Below are positions 1 to 11,534 of a DNA stretch of 23,212 nucleotides, in pieces. The translations under genes were made by a program, and so were the position numbers. How positions within the stretch are numbered: the stretch's first letter is position 1; each line of letters begins with the position of its first letter. Below the pieces are notes generated by a model. The model was not told the origin of the DNA. It searched no databases and saw nothing but the letters and a program-made list of their open reading frames with translations. Source of the DNA: Tubiluchus corallicola (lineage: Eukaryota > Animalia > Priapulida); assembly GCA_030141605.1 (NCBI GenBank), contig JAQGDQ010000973.1:1-23212 (forward strand), written 5' to 3'.

Positions 1-834
1 CGAACTTATAGTCAAGATTGCTTAATGTACAACTTGGCTTTTTATCACTGGGTACCAAAATTATCAAAACGAATGCTCTGGAAATTATTAGTCATTTCGT
101 TTTAGAAAATTATTTATTGCTCATTAATTTAATGAGGTGTGTAATTTGTCACTCGTTTATTTTAACCCTGGCGTGCTTGGCTGATTCTGTCAACTTTCTT
201 AAATGTTCTAAAACAGTGAAATTAAATAGCTTGTAAAATACGCTATAGAAACTTGTGTATATGTTTGTGTATTTATTATTATGTTTCGTTGCTTATTAAT
301 CCAATTGAAAATGTTGACAAGATTAACAAAACACGTCATGGTTAAAATAAATGAATATTTACGAAAATTTTGAAGGAAAATAACTTATTATTGACCATTA
401 TTATTGACCATATTATTGACCATACCATGTTTTTTAAAGTTGTTCAAGAATCGAATTGCTCAGCCACAGTCGACGCTGCAGCTCCATCAATGTGATCAAT
501 AACCGACTCTCTTGGCGCACATTCCACTGTCTTCCGAGACAGAAGGATGCCAACTTACTTGTTTGAAAGACTTCTGCTTACTTAGTTCAGAGTACACTAC
601 GAATGCTCTAGTTTTTCTTCAAACACGCAATGCCATCTAAACTTCTAGTTTTATAACAGGCAAGTATTAAAGGTTTGCTTAATCATTTATTCAATCAATT
701 AATTAATTGGTTACCTATTTGGCTTTTGTAAATACACAATTAGTGCATAATTTCTATATCGGGGGATTCTGAATTTGTCGTTTTACGAAAAAACATTCAT
801 TAATTTTGATTTATAATAATGATTAATAACATTA

Positions 835-1443
<609 letters not shown>

Positions 1444-1501
1444 AATTAGTGCATAATAGGCTCTGCTTATATAAATTGGTTGTATGTTTGTAAATTTACC
1501 A

Positions 1502-1536
1502 TTGATGATGACAGCAGTAGTTCTGTTCGAAACGTT
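1502..1536 (+). ncRNA. Minimal hammerhead ribozyme motif, degenerate (C3->U)
   Basis: TTGATGA-T-GACAG cagtagtt CTGTT-C-GAAACGTT, homologous to the copies at 3322-3355 and 3808-3840. Confidence 0.55.
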
Positions 1537-2440
1537 TGACATGATTTTAACTTTCAATGTTTTAACTAAAAGTTTTAATAAAGTTGTATAGTTTTTAACT
1601 ATAAATTATCTAAGCTTCTTTCGAACGACTTACCGTTAAAATGGCTGCGCCATCTGGAGTTTTATACAGCGTTACCACAAACTCAAGCCCTATGCGGAAT
1701 AGACCAGTAAGTAAGTGTCATAAAATTTGAAAACGAATTTTTAAGCTTAATTATGAAGAACGTTTCTTTGTGTTTCAACCTTGTAAGCGCAGTTTTGATT
1801 AAAATTCTGTACTCTTTCCCCTATTCAAAAGTTAAATTGTCTCGCAGACCGTTGCCGTTGCCAGAGGACGTATAATTGTAACGTTCAAAGCAGGAGATTT
1901 TGGTTAAAAGGCAACTTTTGCGCAAACTGTCAAGAAAAGAAATGTTTATGGAAAACACAAAAGCGCACAGTTTATGCGCAAAGATTTCCTGCGTAATTTA
2001 CGCCACCAGACTGTCCCATAATTTTGCAAAATGTGTCAAGTGGTTGGATTTTATTGCCTTGGCATATCAAGGCTTTGTTAGACTGATCCTTAATAGTATG
2101 GGAGCGATTCTAGCTCAGCATCTTTAGACTGTTTGACAGCCGTTTTACTGCTGCTTCTGTTCGCTGTAAGTCCGTTTATAAATACGTGTGCGGAGATTTT
2201 GACCAAAGTAAGTTTGGACTCAAAATGACATTTTCGGCATAGGGTTATACCATTCCTGAATACACCTGTAGTTCGCTCGAGTTCTGAAATCTCCTAATTT
2301 CCGTGATCGCATTGAAATTAAAGTACAAATACACAAATATAACTTGCCTGGCCGATGCTATTGAAAGCGAATTTGCACAAGATTAAGCTGAAGACAATGG
2401 AATTTCTGTTAAGTTATATTAGACAACAGTAATTTTATAA

Positions 2441-2925
2441 CAAAACCGGAACTAATCTTAAACTGTAGGTCAAAACAATCTTCTCTTTAAAATATTGAAA
2501 GGAAACACACTATTTTTTTCAAAAATTGTTTACGTGAAAGAATTATTTCCACACGGACACAATTTCGCGCCACTAGTTCTTCGTTGTTTCATGTATTTCA
2601 CTATTCGCTACTTAGACGGGCACTAGCGCCTGCATTTCGGTTCTATGAACTGGCCCAATGCTCAAAAAACAGGTGCTGCACCTCTCAGTTCAGGTTACTA
2701 GTTATTAGTTTGCGACGAACTGTACACGTTCGGCAGCTCATGCGTAGGCGCAGCGGTAAATTGAATTTTTATCTTAAAACTTGCCTAGTTTTAGTACAAC
2801 ACACTGCATATCTTACAGTAGCACTGAACTTCAATTTTCGCTTTCACAAACACGTGCAACACGCTCGTCGAATATTTTTACTGTTGAAAATTATGTTAGT
2901 TTGTGATGTCATCAATAGTTGGACT
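2441..2925 (+). mobile_element. Interspersed repeat family B, copy 1 (unclassified, probably a non-autonomous DNA transposon)
   Basis: About 480 bp colinear with 20218-20697 (e.g. TTAGACGGGCACTAGCG, ACCTCTCAGTTCAG, CAGCTCATGCGT, CTGTTGAAAATTATGTTAGTTTGTGATGTCATCA). Confidence 0.85.
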
Positions 2926-3321
2926 CGCCCGCCGTTAATCAAGTTTTTAATCTATTATGTAATTATCACAAACATTTTTGGAGTATTAATTGTGTTAAAA
3001 TGTATACTTTTTATCGGACCTGAAAATAGGGTAGTATATATTTTGACTTCCTTTAACAAATTTTGGAAAAAACTTTTTTAACTTTCTTCAAAAAATATGT
3101 TCAATGCTAATCTTCCGAGAGTGGTATCGTACAAGTCTTTTCCGTAGGTTGCATATATATGATATTTACACTTTATAATACAGTAATAGAATTTAAATAA
3201 TAATGTTTGTGCTAAAAACAATTATGGTATTTTTTTAATTACAGGCACTTAGAAATATTTATAGTTAAGACACCACAACTTTATTAAAACTTTTAATTTA
3301 CATAGTTAAAAAATCGAGTCA

Positions 3322-3355
3322 AACGTTTCGACTGAGCTACTGCAGTCATCATCAG
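3322..3355 (-). ncRNA. Minimal hammerhead ribozyme motif (best-preserved copy)
   Basis: The minus strand reads CTGATGA-T-GACTG cagtagct CAGTC-GAAACGTT: intact core boxes, perfect 5-bp helix II and palindromic AACGTT in place of helix III. Helix I is weak. Confidence 0.7.
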
Positions 3356-3482
3356 TAGTGAATTTCTACAAACATACAACCAGTTTATATAAGCAGAGCC
3401 TAGAGTATAGAACATTATGCGCTAATTATGTATTAAACAGAAGTCAAATAGGTAATGAATAAGCAGAAAATAGAAAAGAAAT

Positions 3483-3650
3483 TCTCCTCAATCTAGCACT
3501 AATGATCATATTTGTGCTTCTGATTTTAATAATTTCAGAATTGTGACCAGAGCTATAAATAACTGGGAATTCATAAAAGAAAGTTTATCTGTGTACCCCA
3601 ATGAGTCTTTTCTTAATGTACAAAGCAGTTCATTTCCTTTAACTTTATTT
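3483..3650 (+). pseudogene. Penelope-type GIY-YIG endonuclease C-terminal remnant
   Basis: My translation is SPQSSTNDHICASDFNNFRIVTRAINNWEFIKESLSVYPNESFLNVQSSSFPLTLF. It matches the PLE endonuclease end pattern SxIxxH..F..F.I....IKESL.....LN.Q....PL.LF. Not in the ORF track because it has no start codon. Confidence 0.8.
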
Positions 3651-3807
3651 TCAAACACTAACTATTTGTTACTGTATCAATTTCTTTTCTACTGGTCTGC
3701 TTAATCATTACCTTTTTGGCTTCTGTTAAATACATAATTAGTACATAATGTTCTATACTGTAAGTTCTGCCTATATAAACTGGTTCAACGTTTGCAAAAA
3801 TTTACCA

Positions 3808-3840
3808 CTGATGATGACAGCAGTACTCTGTTGAAACGTT
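3808..3840 (+). ncRNA. Minimal hammerhead ribozyme motif
   Basis: CTGATGA-T-GACAG cagtact CTGTT-GAAACGTT, in the pLTR downstream of the endonuclease remnant. Confidence 0.7.
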
Positions 3841-4071
3841 TGCCATGATTTTTTAACTATGTAAATTAAAAGTTTCAATAGAATTCTGGTGTTTTAACTA
3901 TAAAATATGGTAGTGAGTTTCTGTTTGTCTGAGAAAGTACGAATGCGACTTTTGGCTGGGAGTTACAACAAATACTTAACTATATGCGAGGCTTTAATAG
4001 ATAAATCGCAAGCCGCGTTTAGCCCCGCCCAACTTGATGACGTAACACACATAAGTGCTTAATAAACTGAA

Positions 4072-4235
4072 AAACTTGGAAAAATTTTGTACTAGTAAGT
4101 TTGGTACAGATAAAATTGGTCCCAGTAAATTTGGTACAAGGAAATTTTGTTGCCGTGAAAATTTGATTCCAGGAATTTTTAGAACAGCAAAATTGTACCA
4201 CTAGGAAAATTGGGTTCAGGAAAAATGTGGTACAA
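4072..4235. repeat. Degenerate ~15-bp tandem repeat (approx. GGAAAATTTGGTACA)
   Basis: Recurring AAATT(T)GGTAC units, also seen as a 5-aa period (TKFPC/TKFTG/TNFIC/TKLTS) in ORF 4019..4270. Confidence 0.6.
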
Positions 4236-4785
4236 ACTGGCACAATTCTCGTATTACAATATATGTACATGCACTAACTATGTGCGTAACATAAAAACAT
4301 AATATCCACACATATAATTGCACGACAATAATTTTATTTTACAAGAACATTGATATTTTTACTCACATTCATATTTAATTGACATCAAATTATAATCATA
4401 TATCACTAATATAAGAAGTTTCTGCAGCTTCTAGCACACATGTTGCACATAATATTACAATTCTTCTCTCTGTGATTCATGTATTCATAATTATTATTAC
4501 TCCCAGTACAACAATGGTGACGTTTTATATATATATACGGTTATGCCATACTGATTTTGCAAAAACGAAATATGTATTTACATGTTTGTACAGGTGTTAA
4601 ATGCAAGAGTGAGATGAGCTGTAAAAAAGCTTGCAGCCTAGTGTGCCTAGCTGTCATTCAGTAATAATACAACTAATATTAATGCCTGGAAAGGAAGAAA
4701 GCATAGCATCGGTAGAACAATTCCTTGTGGGAAGCGAAAAATATCTTTAAAGTTTGCACATTTCGAGCTGAAACATCCATAATTA

Positions 4786-5143
4786 TGGAGCTCTGTTGAT
4801 GTTGATGTTCTTTTTTAATATAATTATCTTGTTACAACGATTTAGTTATGAAGCTATAACGACTTACTACCTCGTTACAACGACACCTCGTTACAATATA
4901 ATTATCTCGTTATAACAATATAGCTATGTAGTTTTAATGACTTACTACCTCGTTACAATGACACCGCTATCTAGTTATGACGAGATACACCTCGTTACAA
5001 CGTGACTATACCTCGCTCGTTATAGCGAGGTAACAATGTCGTTATAGCGAGGTAACAATGTCGTTATAACGAGGCAGCATTGTCTTTATAACGAGATAAT
5101 TGTATTTTCTTCAAAAAACAAAGTTAACATTAACAAAGCTCTG
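4786..5143. mobile_element. MITE with ~60-bp imperfect TIRs, TA flanks and internal CTCGTTAYAACGAG palindromic repeats
   Basis: TA|TGGAGCTCTGTTGATGTTGA... versus the right end reverse-complemented, TA|CAGAGCTTTGTTAATGTTAA.... The match continues through AATAYAATTATCTYGTTA. Confidence 0.8.
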
Positions 5144-5312
5144 TACAAAATCAACTGTGCAAGATTTTACCAACAAAAATTCACACGAAAGCAAAGAAAA
5201 TTCAAGTGCATCGAGTGTTATTTAGAAGTGAAAATTGTTATTAGACGATGTACGCGGATTTTATAAACACCCTGTATTATTTAGAACGCACCAGTATTTT
5301 AATAGTAAATTA

Positions 5313-5619
5313 CAGGGTGTTTCAGAAAAAACACTGCTGTAAAAATACACTGGTCAAATACTTTAATAAATGCTGGAAATGATAATGTTAACTTGCAGAC
5401 ATTAAAGGGAACAACGTTCATGTTACGAAAAACACACTTAAGTTCATCGGGTTGGGCAATTTGGTACTTTGAACAAAAGTGTTATTTTGCTCAAAATGAA
5501 CCTGGCAACTGTGACATCATAACGACGTAAAAGTAATATTTCATTTGCATAACTCCAATTTTCCTACCATATAGCTTGTTTTTATATATTCTTTTACTAT
5601 TTCTTTTTGAAACACCCTA
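5313..5619. mobile_element. Tc1/mariner-type MITE
   Basis: TA|CAGGGTGTTTCAGAAAAAA ... TTCTTTTTGAAACACCCTA|TA. An orphan related end AAACACCCTG|TA lies at 5265-5276. Confidence 0.8.
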
Positions 5620-7173
5620 TATATAAAGTACAAAATACTGTTGCTTCATATACAAGAGGTTAAACCGAACAGACATTTCTATTTTCAATACATATTTATA
5701 GCGATCAGTTTAAGTCTAATGCAAGATTCTAATTAAATGCTGCTCACGGCACTGAGGAAAACCAGTGCTGTTACATACAATTTTGAAATCTTAAAGAGGA
5801 AACAGAAACTAAGTTACGGAAAACTCAAAATTTTACTTTCAAAGACGTCCAAAGCTAACAAACGTGTCATTTGTTAGTACGACTAAAATCACAAATATTT
5901 AGAATATTCAGAAATTCACATTTTGGACATATTGCTCTTGTAAGAACAACTACTTCAGTATTCCTTTCAAGACGATAATCATGAAAGAAAGAATGCACGA
6001 TCTTCAAACTTATACACGAACAAGCTATGGAATTACACACACATATATATATATATATAACATTTAATGGTGCTGGATATGTACAACAAATTAGTTACGT
6101 ATATATAGCCATTCAAATATAATGTACATGTATTTACAGTTAAAATGATTATGAATATGTTTGATTACCATGTAATTTACTACGTACTAACCATTTGAGA
6201 AATGTCTAACTTCAGAAGCTGGTCAATAGCAGGCAAATGACACTCCCAAATATGCAGATAATATGTGTGATAGTCAGAACAGATATTAACTCCTTCAGGA
6301 CCGTACCATTCAAAATATTTCTTATGAGTCTAAATAGACCCATCACTTTTCTGTTACTGTAAGAACGCAGATATAACTAAATGATTGCAAATTAGGGACT
6401 GTTCTATTCAGCAGAATTTCGGCTATTCAATCATTGAATTTGTTTAAAGATTTATAAGTGATTTAATTGGAGAAAATTAAGAAAAACTCGCCCTATTCAG
6501 TCATTCCAACTTAGCTTATTGAGTAGATTAGTCTGGTATACACTTGCGCGATCGCACACACTAATTTATTGATCGCTTGCTTGCTGCAGCCCAAACTGTG
6601 CAGTGTTCTGCTGCTATTCCAGAAAAAAACAGTCGATCAACATAGGAGAAATTAAGGGCGTTTCATCTATTAAGAGGAATTTCTCCTTAAAAAAGAGTAG
6701 ACTTGAGGCCAAAGTGTGTCAGAGCGTTGTGTGTCGATAGTTGAAATTTTCTGCATTAACCGATTTCACACAAGTGATACTGTAAATTGTTACTGTGCAA
6801 ACAATGCAATTACTAAAAGCTTTTTTTCAAATTTTTTGGTCAAAAATCGGTTTTTAATTTGTCTAAGGTAAGCAAATGCATTTCATTTATAATTTTACAT
6901 GAAATCCCTTGTGTGAGTAGTAGAAAACTACGAAAACTATCAAAAAGAATTTCAATTACTTGGAGCGCCTACCCTACATCATATAGCAAAATATACGTTA
7001 ATCTTTTAAATTCATTGTGCTTTAAATTTCTCATGCAGTATGTTGGAGAATAAAGATGTAGCTGGAGATGGAGATGCTGCAGAAGCTTACGTCATCGCTA
7101 CATGTGCGGCACCTGGTGACACAACTTTCTAGCTTTCTGTCACCTGGACTCTGAAAGTAAAGCGTATTCTTAA

Positions 7174-7731
7174 AGGAAAGGCCGCGTCTTCTGAGAAGTT
7201 AGGATTATGTCAATGTTCAAGAAAAATGTTAGAAGGATTTAGTAATAAAAACATGATAAGCACTTCGTGTAATTATTAATATCATTTTAAATTACAGGTA
7301 TTTCAAGGTTGGACGCTCCCATTTAAGCTCCCATTTTCCACCAGTGACGTCGTTTATCGACTAAAGAAAAACAGCGCACTTCGAATTTCCACCAAAAGTA
7401 TAATATTTTGTTCACAAAAAATTAAATAGCTTATTTTGTGATATTTTTGTACGAACGTTAGATAAGGTGTAGAAGTTTGAACAAGTTTAAGCAGCCATGA
7501 TGCGCTTAAAAAAGATCACTACTACGTCATAATTTTCAAGTGAATAATGGCTGCCACAGCTGCTGAAAATTTCTGTTCGGCGGTAATATAAATTAACTCT
7601 TTGCTTTATGTTGTGCGACATGTGTTTTGCAAATTTTTTTATATTCTTTCATATCTTATCTTTCATATTTTTTTCAGTTTAAGTGAAAACATTGAAACAA
7701 ACCCGACAAGCTAAATGAGTTGTGCTTTCCT
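7174..7731 (+). mobile_element. Kolobok-type non-autonomous DNA transposon, copy 1
   Basis: TTAA|AGGAAAG ... CTTTCCT|TTAA, and the body is colinear with 20985-21553. A TTAA target site with purine-purine termini is characteristic of Kolobok rather than piggyBac. Confidence 0.8.
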
Positions 7732-7864
7732 TTAAACCACATCTTGTGTTTTAGTTGTCTATCTAGCATGGTGCAGATTTTGTAATGATTTTCTAATGAT
7801 TTTCTAATCTATTGCTAATGCAATACATAGATTAGACCCAGTGAAGTTTATATATATTGTTTTC

Positions 7865-8293
7865 TTTGTGAAGTATCGTGTGATATTTCCTACATCATTT
7901 GTGAAGTATCGTGTGATATTTCCTACATTATTTGTGAAGTATCGTGTGATATTTCCTACATTATTTGTGAAGTATCGTGTGATATTTCCTACATTATTTG
8001 TGAAGTATCGTGTGATATTTCCTACATTATTTGTGAAGTATCGTGTGATATTTCCTACATCATTTGTGAAGTATCGTGTGATATTTTCTACATCATTTGT
8101 GAAGTATCGTGTGATATTTCCTACATCATTTGTGAAGTATCGTGTGATATTTCCTACATCATTTGTGAAGTACCGTGTGATATTTCCTACATCATTTGTG
8201 AAGTATCGTGTGATATTTTCTACATCATTTGTGAAGTATCGTGTGATATTTTCTACATCATTTGTGAAGTATCGTGTGATATTTCCTACATCA
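7865..8293. repeat. 33-bp minisatellite, 13 copies (TTTGTGAAGTATCGTGTGATATTTCCTACATCA)
   Basis: Read directly, near-perfect copies. Explains the ORFs at 7804..8304 and 7841..8434. Confidence 0.97.
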
Positions 8294-8834
8294 CACATGT
8301 GCACTGTATATAATCGTTTCCATCCATTTTTTCAAATCAACGAAAGGCAGGAGGCGATAATTAGCTGGTCACTAAGTGGTCAAGCGTGGACACACGATAT
8401 AATACTAATAATTTGTGAATGCACGGTACATTAACATAACATTCACCATGTTACAAGAATGCCAGGCAACACGTTTTTTTTCGTTTCTGGGGGTTTGGAC
8501 CGCCCCTACAATACGGTTCGGATCGAAAGACATTCTCCAGTTCTTGAATTATGCGCGGCGCCATCAAAAGCCAAGGCGGCATCGTTTGAAATCTGACATG
8601 ATTTGCAACAGAGCGTCTTAATAGCGTCAAGTTGGTATCATTAGGCTAAATCCTAGTCACGTGATATGTACACGAAAAAACTCCAGCCGACATGCTTCGT
8701 GAAAGGCCATTACACAAGTTTTGGGTATCACTCATCACTGGGGTGGCATTCGATTCAAGAAAAATCCCGAACTGTGTCATTTTGACCAAGGCTAGCAGGA
8801 GTGTTGAAAATCACTTTATTGCCATAGTTTTTAC

Positions 8835-8906
<72 letters not shown>

Positions 8907-9030
8907 CGACTGACTGACTGACTGACTGACTGACTGACTGACTGACTGACTGACTGACTGACTGACTGACTGACTGACTGACTGACTGACTGACTGACTG
9001 ACTGACTGACTGACTGACTGACTGATTGAT
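8835..9030. repeat. Compound tetranucleotide microsatellite (TGAT)n-(TGAC)n
   Basis: Read directly. Confidence 0.97.
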
Positions 9031-9635
9031 TACTTGGTTTATTGACTGATTGATCAATCTTGGGAAGACGGTAACTCCTGCAAGTGACACTCCATTGGCA
9101 TTTGGCTCACAAATGTGTTTTTCTAAACAAGATTTAAAGAAGATCGTCTATCCTAACGAATACTAACATGACATTTTCTCATTTCACGAATTTCATGAGT
9201 TGATACAATGATATTAGAAAACTTCATAGATGATTCGTCGCAAAACTGTGTTGCCAGACTAAAATAAAACACATGATCTCAGAGGTAGGGCAGATATTCG
9301 TAGATACGACAAAATTTCCATTAAAAGGTGACGACTGCACTGAATCCCATTTCATCATCCTCACTTTCCCAGTCAATCATTTACAAGGATGTATCGTGTG
9401 TTTACAGCAATGCTTACGTTTTCAGGATGTCAGAAATGACGTACGCCCCCCCCCCTCAGAAATGATGTACTCCCCTTTACACTTAAAATTTATCGCGAGT
9501 AGCAGGATTCAATCTATTCAACCTATTGCTTAAAAATTCATTTCACTTTTTATTATCAGGAGTCAAAAATTACCAATGTTTTTGAATAAAAAAATCACGT
9601 GAACCAACATGATTCGAATCCTTGTCTATCTACTC

Positions 9636-9955
9636 CAGGTAAAAAAGTCACAGGAAAGAAAGTCACAATTAAAAAGTTACAGGCAAAAAAGTTACAGGTA
9701 AAAAGTCACTGGAAAAAGGTCACAGGAAAGAAAGTCACAATTAAAAAGTTACAGGCAAAAAAGTCACAGGTAAAAAGTCACTGGAAAAAGTCACAGGAAA
9801 GAAAGGCACGATAAAATAGAAACAACCCTAACCGAAACCCTAATCCTAACCCTAACCCTAACCCTAACCCTTGCCAAAATTCATGGTGACTTTCATCCTG
9901 TGATTTTTTTCCTAGCCAAAATTGTGACTTTTTTTCGTGATTTTTTTCCTGTCAC
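9636..9955. mobile_element. Foldback-like element: inverted arrays of ~14-15-bp GGAAAAAAGTCACA units around a telomeric-repeat core
   Basis: Left arm 9636-9810 (with a ~72-bp higher-order duplication). Right arm 9886-9955 has TGTGA(C/T)TTTTTTCC units in the opposite orientation. Confidence 0.65.
9824..9871. repeat. Interstitial telomeric-type repeat (AACCCT)8 = (TTAGGG)n
   Basis: Eight hexamers, six perfect (variants AACCGA, AATCCT). Confidence 0.9.
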
Positions 9956-10015
9956 CGTTTATTTATGTCCCCCAGAGCGGCAAATAACGGCAGTACTACA
10001 TATTAAATGTTCTTT

Positions 10016-10021
10016 TTTATT
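10016..10021 (-). promoter_or_regulatory. Candidate polyadenylation signal for the Hox transcript
   Basis: First AATAAA I found on the minus strand after the stop codon, with a second at 9963..9958. The context is AT-rich, so support is weak. Confidence 0.25.
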
Positions 10022-10883
10022 CAAACTTAAACGTTCTTTCTAGTGATTTCTTGTTTTTAACTAACCTGTTTCATTTCAACTGTACCTGGGGATACTGTAC
10101 TAGTATAAGAAATTTGCGTGCGCGCATGCGTGATGCGAAGAATTATTGTGTACATCTGCGCATGTGCGCATTGTCTTTACGAACTCAGTTTGATACGAAA
10201 ACTTGCGAATCGAATTACATCTCCACATTTAAACGTCACCGTCTGTTAATCGAATATGCAAATCAATTGACGACATTATGAAAAAGATGCAGATACAATG
10301 ATATTTTACGATAGCATAAATTAACCCAATAACTCATTTCATGCAAATGATATCACCACAAACTCATCAGCGCAATTAAATGTGCGACCACGTGACCGTC
10401 CCTGTAAAACTAGAACCTGTAATTAATCAGAGTTGCGTCTATTAATTCTCTCATATATTTACATATTTTTAACGGTTATGACTATAGGAATACATTTAAA
10501 ATCGTAGAACGGACATTCCCAATTAATTAGACTAGATATAATCAAATTAAAACACTTAAAATTGTTTAGGATTTGCATATTCGAGCTTCGAATTGGAAAA
10601 AAATATGTTTGCCTTATTTTTAGTTAACTAAACGAAGTTTAATCTTGAGCAATCTTTTCTTCAAAGCATAAACTGCAAATGCAATTAGCTCTGCGTAAAT
10701 AAATATATATAAATATTTGGAGCCGTTGAATTTTGAAATCACTTGTTACTCTTTACGTCTAAAAGATCATAGATAATGTGGAAAATGTAGACTAGATATG
10801 ATTTCGATATCACCTATAATAGTATTAGAGCTGTTACCGTTATATTACTGGCCAAATTGCCAATCCTTGTTTACACTAAAATA

Positions 10884-11257
10884 AGCCTTTTCACAGTTTC
10901 GTTGCGCGCAGGCGCAGTTGCTGTAGATCAAAGGTTAAGTGCACCACGGCAACGCGTCTTAAAAACAACAGTCAAGTGGGTAAAGCAAAGCCGAATGCTG
11001 CGTCAGTTCAGTAACTTCAGTTGTTTTACTTGAACTTTACTTAAATTAGTCTGTACGTAGAGTGACTTACTAGCAGGATCTTGCTTGGGAACAAGAAAAG
11101 GTAAAACAGGTAAGATTCTAGCTAGCTACTGAAACTGTTACTATTACAGTAGCAGGGGCTGCGGGGCGTTGTCAAGTGTACACAAATGTGTTGTCTGGTA
11201 CACTTAACCTTTGACCTTTTCAAGATCATCATCAATCGCTGGAACTATGAAAAGGGT
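10884..11257. mobile_element. MITE with TA flanks and nested inverted repeats
   Basis: Outer IR TAAGCCTTTTCACAGTTTC (10882-10900) / GGAACTATGAAAAGGGTTA (11241-11259), 16/19 match. Inner IR TCAAAGGTTAAGTGCACCA (10928-10946) / TGGTACACTTAACCTTTGA (11196-11214), 18/19 match. Confidence 0.7.
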
Positions 11258-11534
11258 TAGCAGACAATTTATAAATTGGAAACAGAAAGAGTGTTGAATT
11301 CGCAAAAAAGTGCGCGCATGTTAGTCAAATCATTCTGGTCAACAACTTTTAGTCAACAACTCAAGATTAGACCAATCCGAGCGTCAAACTGATGATTTCA
11401 GGATGAAAAAACCGAGATTTCACATTTGAAGTATTACTTTTGCCACTCCATTCTACAATGCACGACACAATTATAATCAGCAATTTTTAGTTGAAAGCGA
11501 GCACTCGTTGTTTACTACTGGGACAGATTCGTGC

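Larger units (their letters stand above)
3255..3908 (+). mobile_element. 5'-truncated Penelope-like retroelement with inverted pLTRs
   Basis: 3255-3483 is an imperfect inverted repeat of 3679-3908. The spacer encodes a GIY-YIG C-terminus and each arm carries a hammerhead motif. Confidence 0.85.

Noticed and set aside
385-423. TTATTATTGACCA x3 (and a 23-bp duplication near 23129-23179)
   Set aside because: Small local slippage duplications with no further structure.
2262-2284. Loose resemblance to miR-993/miR-10 family sequence (ACCTGTAGTTC)
   Set aside because: Only a partial match, no hairpin partner, and the wrong part of a Hox cluster.
2584-3081. 165-aa ORF
   Set aside because: Lies in repeat family B. 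The second copy has indels that break the frame, and there is no recognisable domain.
7056-7150. Two short inverted repeats (ATGTAGC/GCTACAT; GGTGACA/TGTCACC) as a possible miRNA hairpin
   Set aside because: Stems are only 7 bp with poorly paired interiors, too weak for a pre-miRNA.
7865-8293. CRISPR-like periodicity of the 33-bp repeat (also the 32-, 35- and 30-bp arrays)
   Set aside because: Units are head-to-tail with no unique spacers, there are no cas genes, and the context is eukaryotic.
11389-11415. CTGATGA followed by stem TTTCA/TGAAA as another hammerhead
   Set aside because: No GAAA box after the stem and no helix III palindrome.
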